64,000 bases of DNA, taken from contig OX597816.1 of the NCBI GenBank assembly GCA_951406725.2, positions 16,864,001-16,928,000 of the forward strand. Direction: 5' to 3'. Source of the DNA: Octopus vulgaris. Taxonomy: Eukaryota. The stretch's first letter is position 1. Each line of letters begins with the position of its first letter. Under the pieces are notes generated by a model that worked only from the letters and a program-made list of their open reading frames with translations, did not search any database and had not been told where the DNA came from. Positions 1-13,007 of this stretch are shown here, piece after piece. The position numbers and the translations under genes were made by a program.

Positions 1-2505
1 TATTAAACATATTCTATTTTTAAATGCTAGCATGAGTTGGTTCCTGAAGTATGTAAACATTTTTCTCTGAAGCTTATCTAAGCTTTGTCAGCTCTTCAAA
101 TGGTTAAACTTCACAAAGTTATATTTACAGGACAAGAGGGAAATTGTGATATCTATTGTAAAGCCGTTTCTGTGCAATTACTGTTCTGTAACCAAGCCAT
201 AAAATAGTCTGAGAAATTCCCAACTGTGTAATACAAATTGAGAGTTTATAAAACTATGCTATATGCCAATAAAAAGAAAATCGTTTGATTTGTTTTGACT
301 GAAACTTCCTCATAGCCATCAGAAATGAGTTCCATATTTTTGAAACATTATTTCTATGCATTTTTACTGTATCTATTGTTTATTGTTACAAACTAAAGAT
401 AAAAATAATTTCATGAATGTAATAGAAAATTATTTGTCAAATACAGAACTAAACTGAAGAGCTACTCTGGTGGCTTTCTATGAAGATAATATTGTTATAA
501 ATGTACATATAACAATAATCTTGATATCAATATAAACACAATTATTCAAAGATATTATGAAACAATAACATTATATTTAATATGAATATTCTCTTCCGAT
601 GTGTTGAATTTCCTTTTCTTTTTTTTATCTTCATTTTCAATGAACTAATAAACAATTGATTGATCAACATATTAAACACTGGCTAAAGGTTATGTATTTG
701 TTTTAATATATCTCCAGGATTTTCTTTATTTTATAAAGAAATACAGACATTCAAATTTTTATAATGTTTTCAATAATTGATTAAATCTGTTTTTTTTAAA
801 TAGAAAATCCATTATGTTGAACTTTGTGGAATAGAAGTTATGACGGCATTCATGAATGAAATTATTGATGATATTGTTACTTTACAGAGTGGTGGAGAGA
901 CAGATGTAGTTGTATACCAGACTAAATGCCTCACAGAATTTAGATATAGCCTTTCACATTCAGATTTCAATCCTGCTAGAGTTGTCTTTGCTTTTCTTCC
1001 TTCCAATTTCAATGAAAGAATTACCAATACTCCTTTCCTAAAAAATTAAGTCCTTGTTCAAATATCTGAAGTCAATGATTACTAATTTGTTTATTTTTAC
1101 ATTTGCCATTGATAGGAAATGTGAAATGTTTGGAAAGATCATTCTTAGAAAAAAAAACACAACTAAAACAAAAATGAATAACATAATCAAAGCTTTAAAT
1201 GCTTTCCTACTGAGTATTAAATAATTTTCTTTTCTTTCCTTTTGGTTTTTAAAAAGCAAAATTGATTCTTTACTTTTGAGAGTAGTTAGTGATGAGTATA
1301 GCATACAAAGGATGAAATTGTCCACAATTGTAAGACATACTTCAAGTTCTTATGAGAGGTTAATTATAATATTTTTGACATCATTTAACCTTTTAAGATT
1401 ACTTTTTGATTAGTAACAGTTGAATTTACATATTAGGTGTGTTAGACATCTGTCATGATCCACGTTTTCTAAATAAGGTATATTTTGATGTTATTCTCAG
1501 TCAGTATCTGGTGATCTATTTCATAGAAATGTCAGGTTTAATCACACAGAAAGTATGCTGGAGGTGAGTTATGAGTAACAGTACTGATTTCATTATTTGC
1601 TAGTTTTTTTTCCCGGTCTCTGTGCAAGCCTATCATAAAAAGGTGGGAGAAATCTTCAGAGATTCATATATTCATGTAATTTGTAACTTGGAAAGCATCT
1701 TAGTAAAATTATTGATTACAGCAATGTCTGCGGAACCCAACACCTTCACTAAAGGGATATGAAATACTGTTACATCACAATTGTTGGCAAAGCTTTGTTA
1801 GCGTAAAATGTGTGAAACATTTTTGTAAATGGAAAATAATATTCTACGATTCTGATGTTAACAAGCTGATATTATTATGTGTTCTAATAAGCGTTCACAA
1901 ATATTTGTATAAAAAACGATCTCTGGAATGTTTGTTCAACATGTTTAAAACATGGCAGAGCAAACCAATTATTTTTCATAATATTACCTCAAGAAAAACT
2001 TTCATAAAATAGAATCTAAACAGATCATAAGAGACTACACACAAATTTGAAATATGATTGTACATGCCATTAATTTCATACTGAAAACTATGTTAGTAAT
2101 CATTTCAGTTGCATGAAAAATCCAAAGAACAAGTTACAACAAGAAAATAATAAAAGAAGTATATTCTATGAAGTAGGCAAACTCATTCACAACTTTATAA
2201 ATCTATTGATCTATTTTCTTCTTCTATTGCTCTGTTAATACTACTATAATCTTAGAAGTGACAAACTGTGTGGCAACTCCGTCTAGATACATCTGATGCA
2301 CCAACCTCCCACATTATAACTCATGTTCTGGATAACACCCAGAAACATGTCAGAAGGAAGCAGCATGAACATTCAAACATCAACATAATGGAGTGGTTCA
2401 CAGTGTCATTAAAAGAATGATGATGAATGTGTATGTAAGACTTTGTGGAAACCTGGTGCACTGAATTTGTAGCAAATTTTACAATACTCCAACTTGTTGG
2501 CATTA

Positions 2506-2716
2506 CACTTAAACAACGAGATCACCCAGAAGAGTTGCAGGAGTTTCCAAAATCGTCTGGAGGCTGTGGTTGAAGCCAATTTTATTGAAGAAATTTACTC
2601 TTTAGTATTTCAAGATATTTTTATGTAATTTTGGTAAATATATCTTTTAAAATGAGATGTCAGTGTTACTCTCATTTTTGCGTAATTTAGACAACAATAT
2701 AATCTCTGCACCGTGT
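2506..2716 (+). mobile_element. 3' fragment with right TIR of a Tc1/mariner (maT, DD37D) element
   Basis: Closely matches 25165-25384 (cagaagagttgcagga...aaatgagatgtcagtg) and ends at a TA leading into a (TA)n/(CATA)n tract. Confidence 0.8.
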
Positions 2717-2745
2717 ATACATACATACATACATACATGTATATA

Positions 2746-2791
<46 letters not shown>

Positions 2792-2836
2792 GTATATACA
2801 TACAAACACACACAGATATATATGTACATATAACTT

Positions 2837-2874
<38 letters not shown>

Positions 2875-2910
2875 TGCACATACGTTTACATATATACACC
2901 TATACATACA
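2716..2910. repeat. Compound (CATA)n/(TA)n/(CA)n microsatellite
   Basis: Seen directly. Confidence 0.95.
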
Positions 2911-3569
2911 TGGTCATGATGTTTCTTATTAATGATCTAGTGTTGCTGTTAAGATATTTATTATGTAATGTCCCAATGTCTATTTTCTGTAGTTTTTTAA
3001 TGCAAATTCACTTCTAAGCACTTCAAGTTAAAAATCCTGCAATTTAAATGTGATATCACAAGCAAAAATACAGAATTATTAATGCACTTACAGAAAGCAA
3101 CTTTATATATCTTTTAATAAAAAAACAGCTTTTTTATGTTTTATATTGACTAGGCTAGCATGTTAATTTGTCTTGATTTTTATCATCAATGCACAAAAAA
3201 AAAAAAAATTTGTATTTTTGTAGTTTTTGTAATTATTGAGTGAAAAGTAGCATCATGAGAACCATTTCTTAATCCAAATCAGAAGTATTTGATCTTTTAC
3301 AGAATTTAGAAAATATTTATTAGAATTTAGTCAATCTGCTATATTGATTATTTCATTGTTGCTTTCTATGTAATATTTTTGTCATTTTCACTGAAAAATG
3401 TTGTCCCATTAGAATGATGGAGTAGATCTAAAATTGTAGCATTTCATATTCAGTTAACTTTAATGGCAAAAGTAAAGAAGAGCATGAAGGAACAAAGAAG
3501 GAAACTCATGTGGAAAAATTATACTGCTAAAATCCCCAATAAAACACAAAATTAGGGGCAATGAACCAG

Positions 3570-4225
3570 TGAAAGTGCATGTATATGGTCCCTTTCACTC
3601 CACCCAACAGTCTTAAAGAAAGGACACGATGGATAATGGATAATGTAGGCCAGGGTAAATTCTTCAGAGTTAAAATAAAAATGGACAGTCATTACTTGAA
3701 TACCTTTGATCAAAGATTTGCTCAATGAAATAAGAAAGATCCCGAGGATTACCGAAACCTTTTGAGAAACAAAGAATGGGTATAAATAGCATATCACTGA
3801 ATATAAATAGTTGGAGGTCAATTTGTTTATGCAAATGTGTAAGCAAAAGTCTTTCAGATAAATCCACCTATGAATGAATTCTTAGAAATATAACCATACA
3901 TAGACATTGAGAATTAATAGATATGGATATGAGTAACATTTTATGATAGAGAAAGCATAGAGAACACCAGCTCAGATGAGCAGCTATAATCTTAAGCAAA
4001 GAAAAGTAGATGCAGAGAAGACACAAGTAAATAGAAATCAGAAATTGGAAATAGTTCTTGATAATTGATTTACTCACCACAAATAAATATAAATCTATAC
4101 ATTAAGTAAGATATTCATAGAGGAGAGAAAAGGAGAATTTGCAATGGCTCACATTGAATTTGATTTGATATGTTTTGTTGACAGTTCAAGGTATGCCAGA
4201 AAATTATATGGGGCTGTATTTATAA
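3570..4225 (+). pseudogene. Possible very old BEL/Pao-like pol remnant
   Basis: KVHVYGPFHST at 3572 resembles VHLFGAxSSP; ICFVDSSR..LYGAVF at 4168 resembles the RNase H motif FxDASxxAYGAV; heavily decayed. Confidence 0.25.
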
Positions 4226-4564
4226 ATGAAATAATATACAGTAGGCTGTATTATGGATCAGTATCTTCTGACTACATAAAGGAAGTTCAATCTCTTTGAT
4301 GTGGATTTGGCAAAGTACTGAATGTGGGCTTTCTTAGAAATAGCGAAAGTGTCATAACTCTCTGAAAGATTCTCAATCTCTTTGCAAACAATATTTCATT
4401 CCATTCATATACTTTTGATCTTTGTCACCAACAAAATTGGTTTTTCTTTCTTCGTATTCACACGTTCTAGAGAATAGAAGGTTTAGTATTTTCAGAGAAA
4501 GAAATATAGTATATGTTTACTGCACACGCTTTCCCTTCTGGTTTGGTAATATCATCTTTTTATG

Positions 4565-4835
4565 TAATGTGTGTGTGTGTGTGTGTGTGTAATGTGTGCA
4601 TGCGTGTGTGATGTATGTGTGTGTGATGTGTGTGTGTATGTGCGTGTGTGTATGAAGTGTGTATGTGTGATGTGTGTGTGCGTGATGTGTGTGTGTGTGA
4701 TGTGTGTGTATGTAATGTATGTGTGATGTGTGTGTGTGTGTGTGTGTGTGTGTGATGTGTGTGTGCGTGTGTGATGTGTGTGTGATGTGTGCGTGTGTGT
4801 GTGTGTGATGTGTGTGTATGTAGTGTGTGTGTGTA
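4565..4835. repeat. (TG)n microsatellite interrupted by TGA/TA
   Basis: Seen directly; explains the His/Thr-rich ORF 4517-4873. Confidence 0.95.
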
Positions 4836-5455
4836 CTGATAATCATGATAATCAGTATATTTTGCTTTAGCAATTTATTTCATCTTCAGTTTTATGTGGT
4901 TGCTAGTATATCAGTTATCTTAGCATAATAAACACAGTTTTAGGTAAGATTTGCTTTTCTGTAAATACTTGTTTACAGAAATTGTTTGAAAAAGGTATAA
5001 GACCAAACCCAATGCTTTCCAGATCACTAACACCGACAGAGATTCTTTGATCTTTCATCCTTCAAGTCACATTAGATAACATGAAACGCTCCATAAGTTC
5101 TTACAAATTGGTTATTTAATTTAAATGTAATTAGTATAATGAGTAAATCAATGACACAAAAGAAAAGAAATACGTCTCAACACAATTCCTATACAATTGT
5201 TTTTAGTACAACAATTAACCTCATCGTAAGAGATGAAACATTTTCCTTTATATTTACATCAACTTTGTAGATGTAAATAGTAAAACACTGTTTCATCTTT
5301 AAACATGGGGAAAATAGCCTCAAAAATAATAATTGCCTTAACGATAACTTATTTCAGAAATTTTGAGATTTAATAATGCATAAACATGTGCATTATATAT
5401 TTAATAATATATGGACATACAGACAAATATCTAACAAAAACACTGATTAAAGTTA

Positions 5456-5500
<45 letters not shown>

Positions 5501-7069
5501 AAACATACACACACAGAGTTAAGAGGTTTTACATGACTACAGTTATATAAAAAAAAAACACAAAAAAAATTGCTTTAAGAACTTTATCATAGATAAAAGA
5601 AAAAGCATTCACATTTTTACCAAAATATGATACTGGCTTTGATCACTTTAAAAGATGATTTAGTCATGCTGAAATAAAAGGTAAAATTAAATGAAATTAA
5701 CTAAATTAATTTTATTTAATTTATTTTAATTCATTTTCTCTCTTATTTCAGCATAACTAAATTGTTGTTCAAAAACATTGAAACCGGTAGCATATTTTAA
5801 TAAAAATGTAAATATTTGTTGTTATCCATAAAAAAATTCTCTTTTTGTTTTTTCAACTTTCATATACATATATATATCATATATTATATATGTATATATG
5901 TATATGTACAGTGTATGAGTAAAAGCAAAGAAAATTAGGCAAATAATATAAGACCACAATGACGAATGTTAAGAAAACAAAATAACTAAATATAGTGAAC
6001 ATTCAAATTGTGAAGTGAGTTATTTCAGCAGATATACTATATACTGAGTGATAACATCATGAAAAAAATATCTAAACAATCACAGACAGTACCAACACAA
6101 ACAGTCATCGTTATATTTCTTTGGTGACATCAGATAAACGAATTCTCATAAAATAATGATAAAAGAAGATAATTTAGATGACAAGAAATTTCAAAGTGAT
6201 TTGTGAAAATAGGTGATTTCTTATTTATGACTATATGTGAATAATTTATACACATAATGAAAGTGAAAACGTGAATATCTTTGTAGAAATGTTTGGATTT
6301 ACCCTCTGTTGCATTAGGTTCAATTTTAAAAATTGTGTTATATAATGGCACACCTAAATTAAATGAAAAAGAAAATACAAAATTTATGAAGCGTTTACCT
6401 TTTTTTCAAAACATTCCACATTTATATTTGAATGAAAAGTTAGATATAATTTACATGCTCCTTGTTTTTAGTTATTGAAATATTGCATGATTTCAATGAA
6501 TAACATTTTTATATGAATCAATAAACAAACTAGTAGAGTCATTGATGGATTTCCCAGAGGATTGAACACATTGATATATATATATATATAAATAAATATA
6601 TATATATATATAATTCCCATAAAATTGTGTGGAGTGTAAGGCCATAATGAATAGTAAGTAGATGTTTTTTATTAAATTAATATAATTACATACATAGACA
6701 GAAAAACAAGATGATGTGACACTCATACCTTTATAAGGGTATTTGTGAGATGAATTAGGTAGTTTTGAGTAGAAATTAGAATTGATCAATGATTGAGTCT
6801 CACAGAAACATATCACTGTAAATGCATACTCTCATAAAAATAATCTAAGGCAAATTCCATACATACAACCAAAATTTCACATATTCAACAGTTTTTGTTA
6901 TGCTCTTAATTATCCTTCTTTGTTCTTATTTTGTTATGCCATGTGCTATCAGTTAACTTTTATTACTCTAATAATTTAATTATTTACATCAAGATTAGAA
7001 AACCCTTTACCCACGGGTGAAATTTCACCTTCATTTTACGTTTGAAACAGCTTGCTAACAAAGTTTTCA

Positions 7070-7144
<75 letters not shown>

Positions 7145-7399
7145 TATATAAATAGTTGAAAAACACTGATTAAAGATGTGGTAACCAAATAAAATTTTGT
7201 AGTTCATTTGCTTTTTTTTTTTTTAAAGATTTTTAAATGATTTTATATACTGCATAGATGAAATCCCTTCTATGACAGAACTGAGAAAATGAATTGCTGA
7301 CTTTAGTTCTTTGATGAAAAATAGACATATCATTATTTTTAATAAAACTATATCAAAAATAGTATGAATTATTTGTAGATTCAGATGTAGTTTATCAAA

Positions 7400-7625
7400 A
7401 CTACTATCTTCAAAGCCTACAATTTGATCAAGCATAATGGATAGGAAAAACTTCTATCAATTTTAAAAGAAACTTTATGCAAACAGCATTCTATTTCAAA
7501 AGCCATAATAATAAAAAAAGATTTCTTTAACAGAAGAAGTTATGAAATGTGCAAGTTAACTACAAAGGAAGTGAAGCCATACACTGATGGTGAGTTTGTT
7601 AAAGAATGTGTAGTTGTTGTACAAC
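7400..7625 (+). pseudogene. hAT transposase remnant (SPIN/Buster/GTF2IRD2-like)
   Basis: 7538-7621 translates to SYEMCKLTTKEVKPYTDGEFVKECVVVV, matching the SY..IAK..KPFTDGEFxKEC motif. Confidence 0.6.
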
Positions 7626-7785
7626 TGTGAGCAATTGCTAAGTGAAACTTAAGTAAACTATCACCACTTGATGTAATATGTCTTCACATTCTGCTCCAAA
7701 TATAGATTTCTGTATCAGATTATGTTAGTACAGTGTATGACAAATACTAGTATCTGCTTTACAATTCTTAGATTATGACACTATG

Positions 7786-7848
<63 letters not shown>

Positions 7849-7849
7849 T

Positions 7850-8060
7850 TCTCATTATTGTATCCTCCACTTTTCCATGCTAATGGGTCAGACAGAATTC
7901 ATTTAGATTTTCTATGGCCAAATGCTTTACATGTTGCCAACCCACACTTGCTCACAAGTAAGGTAATATTCCATCATGGCTGGACATGTTTTCATAGAAT
8001 ATTAGAAACAAAAGACCATGTTTTATGATGCTGCCACTTATTCACAACAATTGCACGATG
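7850..8060 (-). mobile_element. Old SINE 3' half (family of 22960-23354)
   Basis: ttttccatgc..gggtcagacagaattc..ttgccaaccc..gtaaggtaatatt; similar pieces at 10470-10620 and 34645-34717. Confidence 0.55.
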
Positions 8061-9353
8061 GATGAAAAGATAGCTTCTTCTAAAAGGAAGGACTACAATA
8101 AAAATCTTTAAGAAAGGAATACATCTGTGCTAATACATGGCGAACAAAGCTCATTCAAAGCAAATTTGTGCATACATGCACCATCTACTCACATGGGCCT
8201 CATTTTATGATTAACTGCACTACAACATATTTCCCAAAGAAGATGTGAACATGGTGAAAAGTACAAAGAAATATGCAAGAAATAATAGACATGATATCAA
8301 ATATAACCTTATTGTCAGTGAAAAATATTTACACTATAATTTTGAAAATGAGTTCCTTCTTATAATAGTGTCAGTAATTAAAGAAAGAAATGGTCCAAGT
8401 GTCTAAGTTAGATTCTTTTGCATTATCAGAAGATGAAAGAAGAACGTTTTGGAAACTGAATAGTTATAACTTGTAGTTTATATTTTCAGGCAATGTTATC
8501 CACAAAGAATATATTTGACAATTAGGAACTTCAAAACTTGACACAGAATCACTTCTGCAGTGCATATATACAGTGCTGAAATCTACTGGTGTTGAGACCC
8601 AGTTATGTGCTACCAATGTTATGCTGACCCTTTGATAATGAGCAAAAAATAATGGAAAAAAATATATGTTCAAGTGAAACTGTAAGCCAGGGTCCTATTT
8701 CCTGTCTACATTTACTGCAACACCAACTCATCCGTTTGTGATTGACTGCACATGAAATATAAAGATTACAAGAGAATTTTTCACCATATCGTGGCAACTC
8801 TACCACTTCATAGCTCAGGCCGCTGTGCATCGGTACTCAAAACAAGAAGTAAAGCATGAATATCCATTGGAGCTAAGCTTGTCAGCACACATTGGATCTG
8901 TCAGCATGGATGCTGTAACATGCTGCAGCATAGGCTTTCATATATTTTGGAGATTTTATTCCATTTCAGTGAGGACATGACAAACTGAGAGAAAGTCACT
9001 TCTATAACTTATATCTGCAAAGTTTTTCTGAGTTGTCATCCTCTTTAAATAGTTCTACTGTGAACCAGGCTTCTGGCAAAGATGCTTCAATCTTCACTGG
9101 GTATGAATGCTGCAAATGAATTAGTATCCAGTGACACAGATAATGTTGATATCAAGCAAAACAAACTGCGCAACAAAGGTATGTAGCATACAATCAAGCA
9201 ACAAGCCCCAAGCAGACTAGCTGGTTTGCTTGAAAATGCAATGATAGTATGAAGCCACAATATTAGGCCTTGATATTATTAAAGTTTACTGAAAGATTAC
9301 CACCAAGTAGCAGAGCTAAATGATGTCTTCTCTCCTTTTTTGTTTTACATTAA

Positions 9354-9879
9354 CCCTTTAGTGTTCAGATTACCCCTGTTAAATGTAATATTTTTTTACT
9401 CAAATTGTTTTTAATTGATCATGGCACCTGTGTCGGTGGCACCTGTGTCGGTGGCACCTGTGTCTGGCACCTGTGTCGGTGGCACATAAAAAACACCATC
9501 CGAGCGTGGCCGTCTGCCAGCCTCGTCTGGCACCTGTGTCGGTGGCACATAAAATCACCCACTACACTCTCGGAGTGGTTGGCGTTAGGAAGGGCATCCA
9601 GCTGTAGAAACACTGCCACATCTGACTGGCCTGGTGCAGCCTTCGGGCTTCCCAGACCCCAGTTGAACCGTCCAACCCATGCTAGCATGGAAAGCGGACG
9701 TTAAACGATGATGATGATGATGATGATGCATTATCTTATAGCTTTGGGTTTTCAATGATGTGATTGTTTATTCTTAGAATGTCAATGTAGGTTAGGTGTG
9801 AGAAGCTAGATATCGCCAGTTTGAATATAAAACATGTAGAATATTTGATCCGGATATGGCCAGTTTAAATACTAAAGAG
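9354..9879. mobile_element. piggyBac-type MITE interrupted by a SINE
   Basis: TTAA at 9350-9353 and 9880-9883; ends ccctttag...ctaaagag; body is the reverse complement of 36657-36877 once 9422-9728 is removed. Confidence 0.85.
9422..9728 (+). mobile_element. RTE-tailed SINE-like retroposon (family B), 5' truncated
   Basis: ggcgttaggaagggcatccagctgtag core; ccgtccaacccatgctagcatggaaagcggacgttaaac(gat)n tail; upstream gtg(c/t)cggtggcac units. Confidence 0.9.
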
Positions 9880-11365
9880 TTAAATACAAGTTGGGGAGAG
9901 AAATTTCCTTATTCAATACTATTCTTAAGAACCTTGGGGAAACACCCTGGCTGCTTGGATGTCTGCATTTGAAGAGTCTCCAGAAATGCAGATACTGTGT
10001 AGGCTAAGCCACACATTTGAATCTATTATACCAAACACTGCTAGCTATGAATGTTTTTAAATAATCTTCTTCATCATATTAATGTTTGTAATAATCACTT
10101 AGTTTAAGTTTGTGTTGCATTGATTTTCACCATTCACCCATACAGCAAATATATCTTCCTTTTTTCAAATATTTGGTTTGGTTTGTGTTTTCTTTTTTTC
10201 TTGTTTCATATGCACTTCTAATAAGAATATATGTTAGTTAATCATCATCATCATCATCATCATCATTTAACGTCCACTTTCCATGTTAGCATGGGTTGGA
10301 CGATTTTGACTTGTTTGAATAAGTTACCTTTACTGACAACAGTGAGATTGCCATGGCAGAAGCTTTATTTTGTTTACATTCTTCATGATGGTTCTTATCA
10401 TTTATGTGTCCAAATTTAAAGACTTGATGTTTGCAAGATTTCAATTACCACATTTCCAATCTTACATTATCATCATTCTAATGACCACTTTTCCATACTT
10501 GCATAGATCAGAAAGAATTTGTTGAGGCAGATTTTCTATAGCCAGATGCTCTTTTTGTTTCCACCCAACACATGTTTTCCTGTAAGGTAATATTTCCCCT
10601 GGGTTGGAAGCTTAGAAACAAAAGGAACCCACTATAATATTTTTCTTGCTATTGTAGACAAAACTATTAGTCTCTAGAGGTACAAGTCCTTTTCTGTCTA
10701 TGATAAATAAAGAATTTTTACTTTATAATCTTTTTGCGTTTTTGTAAGATATTTTGCACTATGAATTTTCTTCTTATTTTATATTTAATTATGATTCACC
10801 ATGGAATAAAATCAAAGACTTTCACTAGTAAGAAAATGAATGAAACAACACAGATAAAAGATGAGAGGAAAAACAAGAATTTAAGACCTAACCAATGAGT
10901 AAGAAGAGCCAACACATGAATGAGTAAGAATGTGAAAGTTGCCAACAATATTGAAGAGACAGTAAACAGATACATATAGGACACATGAACAGTAATAATC
11001 TAGCTGTTTATAGGCAACGACATTGAGAGAAGTATGAAGGATTAATATGAACAAACAGCAGCAAGTAGAAAATCAGGAAGAACTTAGGCAAAAAAAATTC
11101 AGTATGATGAGAAAATATGAATGAAAAACAGTTGCACGAAATATTCAAGGAGAACAATATAAAAAATGATTTGATGCTTTGATGATATGATATCAGAATA
11201 ATATCTTTATTGTTATTTTTTGTCGATAAACTCAATCTATTGTCTAGCTCATTATCATAAAAACTTTAATATAATATATTGAAACAATGTAATGAATTTT
11301 CACAATGAAATTAATAAAAAGAAATTAATATTCATTCTATGTGAGTAGAAATATTATTTTCTGAA

Positions 11366-11826
11366 TGCCAGTGGCACTTAAAACACACCATTTGAGCGTT
11401 ATCGTTACCAGTGTCGCCTTACTGGCACTTGTGCCCATGCTAGTAGGGTGCCAAGAGCACCATCTGAGCATGATCGTTGCCAGAGCAGCCAACTGGCTTC
11501 CGTGACAGTGGCACGTAAAAGGGCACCATTCGAGCGTGATCATTACCAACGTCGCCTTACTGGCACCTGTGCCGGTGGCATGTGTAAAAAGATTCGAGCG
11601 AGGTCGTTGCCAGTACCGCCTGATTGGCCCCCGTGCCGGTAGCACATAAAAAGCACCCACTACACTCTCGGAGTGGTTGGCGTTAGGAAGGGCATGCAGC
11701 TGTAGAAACTCTGCCAAACCAAGATTGGAGCCTGGTGCAGCCATCTGGTTCACCAGCCCTCAGTCAAAATCGTCCAACCCATGCTAGCATGGAAAGCGGA
11801 CGTTAAACGATGATGATGATGATGAT
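11366..11826 (+). mobile_element. Family B retroposon with about five internal units
   Basis: Same core and (GAT)n tail; nearly identical to 62714-63176. Confidence 0.9.
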
Positions 11827-12394
11827 AATTAACCAACATATATTCTTATTAGAAGTACATATGAAACAAGAGAAAAGAATAACACAAACCAAAAGTTATG
11901 TCCTTCCCTTTGGAAATGTCATGCATAATGTGCCTATTTTATCAATTAATCTGAAATAGATCAAGCACATAGTTTTTACTTATGATGGAAGAATCACCTA
12001 GAATGCTGATAAGCCAAACAACAGCAAAAACCTGGATGCCAGTCAGTTAAATATGATTTTTCTCCTGCTATAAAATCCCTTTTGGTCACAACACACAAAA
12101 ATTTATTCACAAAATCTTTTCACGTATGTAAACCTTAAAGTAACATGTGATGTTTACTCTTTCTCCCATTTGTTTTTTGAGTATTATTTATGTAAAACTC
12201 ATCTTGTGAAAACATATCTATGAAAGTGATTGTTTGGTTAGTCAAATGACATAGCAACAATTTAATAGTAAACCAAAGGATTATTCAATACTTTTTAGTG
12301 AAGTATATATTTACTAACTTTTAAAAGGAAAAGGTTGATAGTGAACTTTCCTTGTAAAATTTATATATTCTCTCTCTCTCCCTCTCTCTCTGAG

Positions 12395-12725
12395 CATTGG
12401 GTCTCATGGCAGCAAAGTGGCCGAGTTCCTTTCTAGCGTTGGGCATCATGGAGGCAATGACCAAGCACTTTGGCATTATGTTGTGCTTGAGAAGACCGAT
12501 CAAGCTGAGGAAAATCACAGTCGTAGCAGATAATGGTGTCACACAAATGGTTCCCATACCGATGGCACATATAAAGCACTCATTGCACTCTCAGAGCAGT
12601 TGGCATTAGGAAGGGCATCCAGCCAAGAAAACCAAATCAGACTGGAGCCTGATGCAGCCTTCCAGCATGCCAAACCATCCAACCCATGCCAGCATGGTCA
12701 ACAGATATTAAATGATGATGATGAT
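12395..12725 (+). mobile_element. Older family B copy with one unit and a longer 5' body
   Basis: tggcattaggaagggcatccagcc...ccaacccatgccagcatgg..(gat)n. Confidence 0.75.
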
Positions 12726-12771
12726 ATATATATATATAATCAAAATAAGCAACAAGTATATCCGAGGTAAT

Positions 12772-12857
12772 GTGGTACAATCATTTCATGCTACTTCATT
12801 TTATTAAACACTGTAAGTATTACATCAGTTTTAAAATGTCAAGCAATCTTCAGCCAC
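12772..12857 (-). ncRNA. Minimal type-I hammerhead ribozyme motif (left arm)
   Basis: Reverse complement: gtgg CTGAAGA [long stem II] GAAA tgattg TA ccac. Confidence 0.6.
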
Positions 12858-12921
12858 TTATAGAAATTTTCCAATCAAACAGAAAATTCTATCAATAAAA
12901 TTGATTGGAAAATTTCTATAA

Positions 12922-13007
12922 GTGGCTGAAGATTGCTCGACATTTTAAAACTGATGTAATACTTACAGTGTTTAATAAAATGAAGTAGCATGAAATGATT
13001 CTACCAC
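12922..13007 (+). ncRNA. Minimal type-I hammerhead ribozyme motif (right arm)
   Basis: gtgg CTGAAGA ttgct..cattttA..TAAAATG..agcat GAAA tgattc TA ccac; stem I gtgg/ccac; stem III appears decayed from ACGATCGT. Confidence 0.6.

Noticed and set aside
454-480. CTGAAGA followed by a gctac/gtggc hairpin
   Set aside because: Followed by TTTC rather than GAAA, with no stem I or III
800-2200. Short ORFs as host exons or a hAT dimerisation motif (SECER)
   Set aside because: No recognisable domain or consistent splice structure; similarity too weak
4300-6900. Faint minus-strand hAT transposase-like words (LSNVT, SINDSTS)
   Set aside because: Too degenerate to support by eye
8464-9120. Higher-complexity stretch with a tttcag acceptor-like site at ~8489
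   Set aside because: Stops in the frames examined and no recognisable protein; cannot call an exon without RNA-seq
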